A stretch of DNA of 64,000 bases from an uncultured bacterium (GTDB lineage: Bacteria; Desulfobacterota; Binatia; HRBIN30; CADEER01), in the NCBI GenBank assembly GCA_965651925.1, contig CBFGUK010000003.1, positions 6,801-70,800 on the forward strand, written 5' to 3'. The notes beneath the pieces were generated by a model. It was not told the DNA's origin and ran no database searches. It saw nothing but the letters and a program-made list of their open reading frames with translations. Positions 57,972-64,000 of the stretch are shown in pieces. The position numbers and the translations under genes were made by a program. Each line of letters begins with the position of its first letter. Position 1 is the first letter of the stretch.

Positions 57972-60575
57972 ATGACCGAGCCTGCCCTGCGCGACACCGA
58001 AACCGAGCCGCACCTGCCGCCCGCCGTTCCCCCGCCGCCGCCCGTTCCGCGATTCAATCTGCTCGTCGAATGGGTCGGCCGCCGCCTGTTCGCCTCGATC
58101 CGCATCGCGCCGAGCGCCGTCGAGCACATCCGCACCCTCGCGGCGCGCGGCAGCCTCGTCTACGTCATGCGCCAGCGATCGTGGGTCGACTACCTGCTGG
58201 TGACCTTCGTCCTGAAGCGCGAAGGGCTGCCGACGCCCGAATTCGTCAACGACCTGCCGCTGTTCTGGGCGCGCCCGCTGCCCGACATGGCGCGCGCCGT
58301 GTGGCGCTGGCTGAAGCGGACGCGACTGTTCGGCCGCCAGCTGCGCGCGTTCGCCGACCGCAGTCGGTGTCAGCGCCTGGTCGCCGCCGGCCGTCCGGTG
58401 CTGCTCTTCCTGCGCGGGCGCCTGCCGGGCGTCGGCGGTCGGAAGCGGCGGGCGCTGCGCGCCCGGACCGGTCCCGACTACCTGCGCGAGATCGTGCATC
58501 ACCAGTGGGGGGGCGAGCAGCCCGACGTGTGGCTGGTGCCGATCGCGGTGCTGCGCGGGCGCGGCATGCGGCGCAGGGAATCGCGTCTCGCGACGCTCGT
58601 GTACAGCGTGCAGGAGGTGCCGGGCGAGATCCGGCGCCTGATCTCGTTGCTGTGGAATCTGCGCGACACGAGTCTCAGCGTCGGCCTCGAGGTCAGCGTC
58701 GGCGACTTCACCCGCAGTTATCAGCGCGAGGGCGAGGAGCGGGTGGTGCGCCGGCTGACGCGCGCCCTGCAGATCTTCCTCTACCGCGAGGAACGCGTGG
58801 TGTGGGGACCGATGCTGCTGCCGCGCCGCGCGGTGCGCCAGCAGACGATGCAGGACGACGAGGTGCGCGCGACGATCCGCGCGCAATCGGCGAGCGGCGC
58901 CACGGCGCAGTCACAGCTCTGGCGACAAGCCGAGCGCTACTTCGACGAGATCGCGGCGAACTTCCACGGCTTCTACTTCTCGATCCTCGAGCTGCTCTTC
59001 AACCGCATCTGGCCGCGGTTGTTCAGCGGCCTCGAGTACAACGGCCTCGACCGCGTCATCGCGGCGATGAAGCAGCATCCGGTGGTGCTGGTGCCGTGTC
59101 ACCGCAGCCACTTCGACTACCTGATCCTGTCCTACCTGTTCCACGTCAACTATCTCAGCCCGCCGCACATCGCCGCCGGCATCAATCTGTCGTTCTGGCC
59201 GCTCGGGCCGCTCTTCCGCGGCGCCGGGGCGTTCTTCATCCGCCGCAGCTTCGACGACAACCCGCTCTACAAGGCGGTCTTTCGCGCCTACCTCCGCTTC
59301 CTCATCCGCGAGGGCTACACGCAGGAGTTCTTCATCGAGGGCGGACGCAGCCGCACCGGCAAGATGCTCACGCCGAAGCTCGGCATGCTGTCGGCGCTGG
59401 TCGATGCATTCCTCGCCGGCGTGCGGCGCGACCTCTACTTCGTGCCGGTGTCGATCCACTACGGCCGCGTGGTCGAGGAAGAGGAGTACCAGCGCGAGCT
59501 CGGCGGCGCCGAGAAGGAGCCCGAGTCGCTCGCCGGCCTCGTGCGCGCCCGGCGCGTGCTGCGCCGGCGCCACGGCACGGTGTACATCACGTTCGCCGAA
59601 CCGATCTCGCTCGCGCAGGCGCTCGGTGATCGCAAGGAGGAGCTGCGCCAGCCCGAGCATCAGGACGCCAGACGGCGCTTCATCCAGAAGCTCGGCTTCC
59701 GGCTGCTGCGCAGCGTCAACGACGTTGCGGTCGCGGGAGCGACGTCGGTGTCGGCGAGCGTGCTCCTCAGCCTGCCGCACCGTGCCTGCCGCATCGACGA
59801 CTTCGTCACCCGGGCCGGCGCGCTGACGCAGTTCCTGCGCCGCCGCGGCGTGCGCTTCACCGCCTCGCTCGAACGCAATGCGGAAGGCGAGTTCCGCGAG
59901 AATCTCGCGTTCCTCGAAAGCGGTGGCCTCGTCCAGCGGCTGCCCGGCGAGGCGCGATCGGTGCTGTACGTCCCGACCGAGAAGCGGCTGGCGCTCGATT
60001 TCTACAAGAACAACACCATCCATTTCTTCCTGCTGCCGGCGCTGGTGACGGATGCGCTGCGCCGCGGGCTTGCGCGGCCCGCGCTGGTCGACGACGTCGC
60101 CTGGTGGCTCGACCTCCTGCGCTGGGAGTTCCCGCTGCCCGAACGCAGCGACACGGCGGCGGCGGTCGACGACGTGTGCGCCGCGCTCGCCGCCGACGGT
60201 GCGCTGACTGACGGGCAGCTGGTCACCGATCACCCGCTCACCGTCACGATGGGCGGCCTGCTCGACAACTTCCGCGAGGCGTACTGGATCGCGGCCCAGA
60301 CGCTGCGCGAGCTGCCCGAGACCGGGCTGCCGCAGCGGGCCGTGCTCGATCGCATGTCGAAGCGGTACCGGGCCGGCCTGCTCCTCGGCGAAGTGCGGAA
60401 GCCGGAGGGCAACTCCTCGGTCACGCTCGGCAACGCGATCAGCCGCTTCGCGGAGCTCGACGTGATTCAGGTGCGTGCCGGCAAGGGCCGCGATCGTCAG
60501 GTCGACCGCGGGCCGCGCTTTGCCGAGTTGTCGGCATTGCTTGCGCGCATCGGCGGTGGCGTGATCCCGCCCTGA
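57972..60575 (+). CDS. plsB: Glycerol-3-phosphate acyltransferase (PlsB).
   Basis: 867 aa. HX4D acyltransferase motif VPCHRSHFDYLILSY. FFIEGGRSRTGK block III. Length typical of PlsB. Confidence 0.85.
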   Translation: MTEPALRDTETEPHLPPAVPPPPPVPRFNLLVEWVGRRLFASIRIAPSAVEHIRTLAARGSLVYVMRQRSWVDYLLVTFVLKREGLPTPEFVNDLPLFWARPLPDMARAVWRWLKRTRLFGRQLRAFADRSRCQRLVAAGRPVLLFLRGRLPGVGGRKRRALRARTGPDYLREIVHHQWGGEQPDVWLVPIAVLRGRGMRRRESRLATLVYSVQEVPGEIRRLISLLWNLRDTSLSVGLEVSVGDFTRSYQREGEERVVRRLTRALQIFLYREERVVWGPMLLPRRAVRQQTMQDDEVRATIRAQSASGATAQSQLWRQAERYFDEIAANFHGFYFSILELLFNRIWPRLFSGLEYNGLDRVIAAMKQHPVVLVPCHRSHFDYLILSYLFHVNYLSPPHIAAGINLSFWPLGPLFRGAGAFFIRRSFDDNPLYKAVFRAYLRFLIREGYTQEFFIEGGRSRTGKMLTPKLGMLSALVDAFLAGVRRDLYFVPVSIHYGRVVEEEEYQRELGGAEKEPESLAGLVRARRVLRRRHGTVYITFAEPISLAQALGDRKEELRQPEHQDARRRFIQKLGFRLLRSVNDVAVAGATSVSASVLLSLPHRACRIDDFVTRAGALTQFLRRRGVRFTASLERNAEGEFRENLAFLESGGLVQRLPGEARSVLYVPTEKRLALDFYKNNTIHFFLLPALVTDALRRGLARPALVDDVAWWLDLLRWEFPLPERSDTAAAVDDVCAALAADGALTDGQLVTDHPLTVTMGGLLDNFREAYWIAAQTLRELPETGLPQRAVLDRMSKRYRAGLLLGEVRKPEGNSSVTLGNAISRFAELDVIQVRAGKGRDRQVDRGPRFAELSALLARIGGGVIPP

Positions 60576-60626
60576 ATCCGGCGGTGTGCGTTGACAGGAC
60601 CGGCGCGGGCGCGGAGGGTGTCGAGT

Positions 60627-61412
60627 GTGAAGCAGCTCTGCCTGCAGATCGGGTCGGCTCTTCTCGCCGCCGCCTTCGCGGCCGCCTGCAGCCGCGACGT
60701 GAGCACGGACGTGGAGGTGCGCGTCCGCCGCGTGGCACTCGATCCGGCATCGCGCTCGCCGGTGATCCTGCTCGAGGATCCGGCCAACGATGTCGCGTTG
60801 CCGATCTGGATCGGTCCGATCGAGGCGCAGGCGATCGCGGCGCACCTCGCCGGCGCCGTGCCACCGCGGCCGCTCACGCACGATCTGATGAAGGCGATGC
60901 TCGACCGGCTCGGCGCGGTGATCAGCCGGGTGATCATCCGCGAGCTGCGCGACGACACGTACTTCGCCGAGATCATTCTCGATCGTGCCGGGGAGGAACT
61001 GGCGCTGGACAGCCGGCCGAGCGACGCGATCGCACTGGCCGTGCGCTTCAACCAGCCGATTTTCGTCAGCCGCGAGCTGTTCGACCGCGAAGCGATCGTC
61101 GACCTGCGCGCCGACGCGGGCGAGGACGCGGTGACGGTCGGGGGAGTGACCGTGCAGGGACTGACCGCCGAGCTGGCGCGGCACTTCGCGCTGCCCGCGG
61201 GCAGCGGCGTGCTCGTCTCCGACGTCGGCGACGCGGCGGCAGCGGAGCTGCGGCGCGGCGACGTCATCCTGGAGATCGATGGCGATCCGGTGCGCGGACC
61301 GGTCGATTTCGGCGCCAAGCTGCGCACCGGATCGGGGCTCGCCGCGCTGCGGGTGCAGCGTGACGAGCGCGTGATCGACGTCCCGCTCGACCGGACGCTG
61401 GCGGCTCGTTGA
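60627..61412 (+). CDS. Lipoprotein with a bifunctional-nuclease (DUF151/BFN) domain plus a PDZ domain.
   Basis: GTG start (VKQLCLQIGSALLAAAFAAAC lipobox) preceded by GGAGGG; alternatively the ATG at 60591. DUF151 motifs PIWIGPIEAQAIA, PRPLTHDL, DSRPSDAIALAVR. The C-terminal PDZ is GVLVSDV...GDVILEIDGDPV. Confidence 0.6.
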   Translation: MKQLCLQIGSALLAAAFAAACSRDVSTDVEVRVRRVALDPASRSPVILLEDPANDVALPIWIGPIEAQAIAAHLAGAVPPRPLTHDLMKAMLDRLGAVISRVIIRELRDDTYFAEIILDRAGEELALDSRPSDAIALAVRFNQPIFVSRELFDREAIVDLRADAGEDAVTVGGVTVQGLTAELARHFALPAGSGVLVSDVGDAAAAELRRGDVILEIDGDPVRGPVDFGAKLRTGSGLAALRVQRDERVIDVPLDRTLAAR

Positions 61413-61499
61413 CGCCAGCGCGGACGGCAGGCGACCCCTGCCGCCCGGGTAGGTTGCACCGCGCGCGCGACTCGCCCATTATTCCGCCGGATCTCCTTC

Positions 61500-62405
61500 A
61501 TGGAACGCATCGCTGAGGCGGTCGGCGTGACCGACGCGCAGGTGTCCGGTCATGCGCTCGCCGATTACGTGGCGCTGACCAAGCCGCGCCTGTGGCTCAT
61601 GGTCGTGATCACCGCGGCCGGCGGATTCTATCTCGGCGCTCCCGGCGCCATCGATCCGCTGCTCCTGCTGCACACGCTGCTCGGCACCGCGCTCGCCGCT
61701 GCCGGGGCGCTGGCATTGAACCAGTATCTGGAGCGCGATCTCGACGCGCGCATGGCGCGGACGAGCCGCCGTCCACTGCCCGCCGGTCGCATCCAGCCGC
61801 TCGCCGCCCTGCTCTTCGGCAGTGCGCTGACCGTGCTCGGGCTGCTCGAGCTGTACTTCGCGGTCAATCCGCTGAGCAGCCTGGTCACCGGGGCGACGTC
61901 GGTCATCTATCTGGCGCTGTACACGCCGCTGAAGCGGGTGACGCCGCTGTGTACGATCGTCGGCGCGGTGCCCGGAGCGCTGCCGCCGGTCACCGGGTGG
62001 GTCGCCACGCAGGGGACGATCGGCGACGGCGCGGTGGTGCTGTTCGCGATCCTGTTCCTCTGGCAGATTCCGCATTCGCTCGCGATTGCGCGCCTGTACG
62101 CCGACGAGTACGCGCGCGCCGGCTTCCGTCTGTTGCCGGTGGTCGAGCCGGAGAGCCGGCGCACCGAGCGGGCCGTGCTGAGTTACAGCGCCGCGCTGGT
62201 TGCCGTCGGCATGCTGCCGACGCTCCTCGGCCTGACCGGGGGAGTGTACCTGACGGCGGCGCTGCTGCTCGGCGCACTGCTCTACGCTGCCGCGGTCGCG
62301 TTCTTCGTGCAGCGCAGCGGGTCGGCGCGCCTGCTGCTGCTGGCCTCGCTGGTGTACCTGCCCGTCCTGCTGACCGTGATGGCGGTCGACCGCATCGCGC
62401 CCTGA
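61500..62405 (+). CDS. ctaB: Protoheme IX farnesyltransferase (heme O synthase, CtaB/CyoE).
   Basis: 301 aa. UbiA-family prenyltransferase with 8-9 TM helices. NQYLERDLDARMARTSRRPLPAG conserved Asp-rich region. Confidence 0.9.
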   Translation: MERIAEAVGVTDAQVSGHALADYVALTKPRLWLMVVITAAGGFYLGAPGAIDPLLLLHTLLGTALAAAGALALNQYLERDLDARMARTSRRPLPAGRIQPLAALLFGSALTVLGLLELYFAVNPLSSLVTGATSVIYLALYTPLKRVTPLCTIVGAVPGALPPVTGWVATQGTIGDGAVVLFAILFLWQIPHSLAIARLYADEYARAGFRLLPVVEPESRRTERAVLSYSAALVAVGMLPTLLGLTGGVYLTAALLLGALLYAAAVAFFVQRSGSARLLLLASLVYLPVLLTVMAVDRIAP

Positions 62406-62441
62406 CGCGAGTTGCTCGGCGCTCGCGGCCGGCGCCCGGCG

Positions 62442-63095
62442 ATGGCGCAGGAAGCGCTGCCCATGGACCCGCACTCCGCCGATCGCCCACCTCGTGGGCT
62501 GCGCCTCGTGCATTCCGGCAGTGCGCCGTTGGGGGCCCCAGCGACCCGCGGCAGCAATGCCGTGCTCGGCATCGACCTGTTCATCGCCAGCGAGGCGATG
62601 CTGTTCGCGGCCCTGATCGTGACGTACCTCGCCCTGCGCGCCGGTGCGGAGCAGTGGCCGCCACCCGGCCAGCCGCGCCTGCCGGTGATCGTCACCGGAC
62701 TCAACACCGTCGTGTTGCTGCTCAGCGGGCTGACCGTCTGGCGCGCGCTGCGTGCCGCGCGTGCGTTTGCCTTGCTCTCCAGCCGGCGATGGCTGCTCGT
62801 CACGGCCGCGCTCGGTGGCGTGTTCCTGCTCGTGCAGGGCGGTGAATGGGTGCGGCTGATCAGCTACGGACTACGCATGACGGGTAATCCGTACGGCGGC
62901 ATCTTCTATACCGTGATCGGGGTGCACGCCGTGCACGTCGCCATCGGGGTCGCGGTGCTGGGCGTCGCGTCCTGGCGTGCGCGGCGCGACCCGCTCGCCC
63001 CCGCGCGGCAGGTTGATATCGAGGTCGGCGCACGCTTCTGGCTTTTCGTCGTCGCCGTCTGGCCCGTTCTCTACGGGCTGGTGTACGTCCTGTGA
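62442..63095 (+). CDS. Heme-copper oxidase subunit III-like membrane protein.
   Basis: Internal Met MAQEALPMDPHS of the track ORF 62412..63095. Five TM helices. The C-terminal FWLFVVAVWPVLYGLVY resembles the COX III tail. The stop overlaps the sco1 start. Confidence 0.65.
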   Translation: MAQEALPMDPHSADRPPRGLRLVHSGSAPLGAPATRGSNAVLGIDLFIASEAMLFAALIVTYLALRAGAEQWPPPGQPRLPVIVTGLNTVVLLLSGLTVWRALRAARAFALLSSRRWLLVTAALGGVFLLVQGGEWVRLISYGLRMTGNPYGGIFYTVIGVHAVHVAIGVAVLGVASWRARRDPLAPARQVDIEVGARFWLFVVAVWPVLYGLVYVL

Positions 63096-63715
63096 GCCTC
63101 ACGCCGACCAGCCGCCGCGCGCCGCGCGCCGGCCTCGTCCTCCTCGCCCTGCTCGGCGGGGCGACGCTTGTCGCCGGCGTACTCCTCTGGCGCGGCCGCA
63201 GCGAACCGCCGCCGGTGCTCGGCGTGGTGCCGGATTTCGCGCTGCTCGAGCGGTCCGGGCGGACGGTGACACCCGGCGACTTCGCCGGCACGCCATACAT
63301 CGCCGACTTCATGTTCACCCGCTGTACGGGGATCTGCCCGGCGCTCTCGACGCGCATGGCGGAGATCCGCCGCTCGGCGGCGCAGGCCAGTCTGCCGGTC
63401 CGGTTCGTCTCCTTCAGCGTCGACCCGTTGCACGATCGGCCCGAGGTGTTGCGCAGCTACGCAGAACAGATCGGTGCCGACGTCGACGACTGGTACTTCC
63501 TCACCGGCGATCGCGATGCGCTGTACGCGTTGATCGGCAAGGGCTTCAAGCTCAGCGTGATCGAGGGAGGGACGGACGGCGGTGAGCTGGTCACGCACAG
63601 CGACCGCCTGGTGCTGGTCGATGGCGCGGCGCAGATCCGCGGCTACTACCGCGGCCCGGAGCCCGATACGGCGGATCGCCTGCTGCGCGATCTCGCCGCG
63701 CTGCACGACGAGTGA
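63092..63715 (+). CDS. SCO1/SenC-family copper chaperone (thioredoxin fold) for cytochrome oxidase assembly.
   Basis: 207 aa. GTG start. TM anchor, CxxxC motif FTRCTGICP and conserved His region. Confidence 0.85.
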   Translation: MSLTPTSRRAPRAGLVLLALLGGATLVAGVLLWRGRSEPPPVLGVVPDFALLERSGRTVTPGDFAGTPYIADFMFTRCTGICPALSTRMAEIRRSAAQASLPVRFVSFSVDPLHDRPEVLRSYAEQIGADVDDWYFLTGDRDALYALIGKGFKLSVIEGGTDGGELVTHSDRLVLVDGAAQIRGYYRGPEPDTADRLLRDLAALHDE

Positions 63716-63718
63716 GGT

Positions 63719-64000
63719 TCAGCGCGCGCTGGCGCGCTCGATCGCCGCGCGGAGCTCGGCGTACGTGCGCGTCACGGGGAATTGCGGGAACTCGCGCGCC
63801 ACGTTGTCGGGCGGGCGGAACAGGATGCCGGCATCGGCTTGGGCGAGCATCGTCGTGTCGTTGTACGAATCCCCGGCGGCGATCACGTCGAGGTTGAGCA
63901 GCTTCAGCGCCATGACCGCCTTGCGCTTGCCGTCGGGCAACCGCAGCCGGTAGTCGCGCACGCGGCCGTCGTCGTCGACGACCAGCGAGTTGCAGAACAG
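63719..64000 (-). CDS. thrH: HAD-family phosphoserine phosphatase / homoserine phosphotransferase ThrH-like. 3'-complete and 5'-partial: the start lies beyond the window end.
   Basis: C-terminal 80+ aa visible: [55 protein letters not shown], matching the ThrH C-terminus (HAD motif IV, GDSYND). Confidence 0.65.
   Translation of the reverse strand: MFCNSLVVDDDGRVRDYRLRLPDGKRKAVMALKLLNLDVIAAGDSYNDTTMLAQADAGILFRPPDNVAREFPQFPVTRTYAELRAAIERASAR

Overview
This is a 64 kb high-GC bacterial chromosomal segment, GC about 70% by eye. Gene content is Gram-negative-like: a TolC-family outer membrane channel, SurA/PdxA, a GspG-like domain and SCO1. No rRNA, tRNA, CRISPR array, transposase or integrase was seen. 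I support about 52 CDS, dense and often translationally coupled through overlapping ATGA/GTGA junctions.

Recognised housekeeping or metabolic genes and clusters:
- A heavy-metal RND efflux operon (CusCBA/CzcCBA type), preceded by a small secreted Cys-rich ORF.
- A UXS-like epimerase, a luciferase-like monooxygenase (LLM)-family oxidoreductase, and an ArnT/GT39-like membrane glycosyltransferase.
- uvrA, iscS-iscA, sppA, and a BMP-family ABC importer operon (binding protein, double-NBD ATPase, two permeases).
- An alkaline-phosphatase-superfamily enzyme and a hybrid histidine kinase with two receiver domains.
- sat (ATP sulfurylase), a LysM lytic transglycosylase, pdxA, a beta-helix::SurA fusion, and mfd.
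- An XRE regulator, an ACC-deaminase-family PLP enzyme, and a gluconate-dehydrogenase-gamma-like Tat protein with a GMC flavoprotein.
- A DUF35 plus SCP-x thiolase pair, and a peptidoglycan-recycling operon (ldcA, class-C-like serine hydrolase, mpl).
- An Fe-S type APS/PAPS reductase (cysH), a MidA-family methyltransferase, an RluA-family pseudouridine synthase, a class V aminotransferase, and plsB.
- A DUF151 nuclease-like PDZ lipoprotein, ctaB, a cytochrome oxidase subunit III-like gene, sco1, and a partial thrH-like HAD phosphatase.

The most unusual content:
- 46.8-53.6 kb: two very large secreted multidomain proteins flank a small XRE regulator. One is a dockerin-like protein carrying two copies of an unnamed 4-Cys domain separated by a ~330-residue Thr/Arg/Pro-rich linker. 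The other combines vWA, DUF11, a Myxococcus-type Cys-rich repeat, a beta-helix and a 7-blade PD40 propeller.
- 39.9-40.4 kb: a ~470 bp non-coding region built from heptad ACCGGT and octad TGACGT tandem arrays arranged as a long inverted repeat with internal hairpins. The ACCGGT array recurs at the mpl stop codon.
- SurA fused to a CSLREA/choice-of-anchor-Q-like beta-helix domain.
- A GspG-domain membrane protein operon with a (GAAGPAPL)n secreted repeat protein.
- Two adjacent Zn-ribbon mini-proteins sharing a duplicated 14-nt start motif.

Many long ORFs in the six-frame track are Arg-, Gly- or Asp-rich artefacts of high GC and were rejected.
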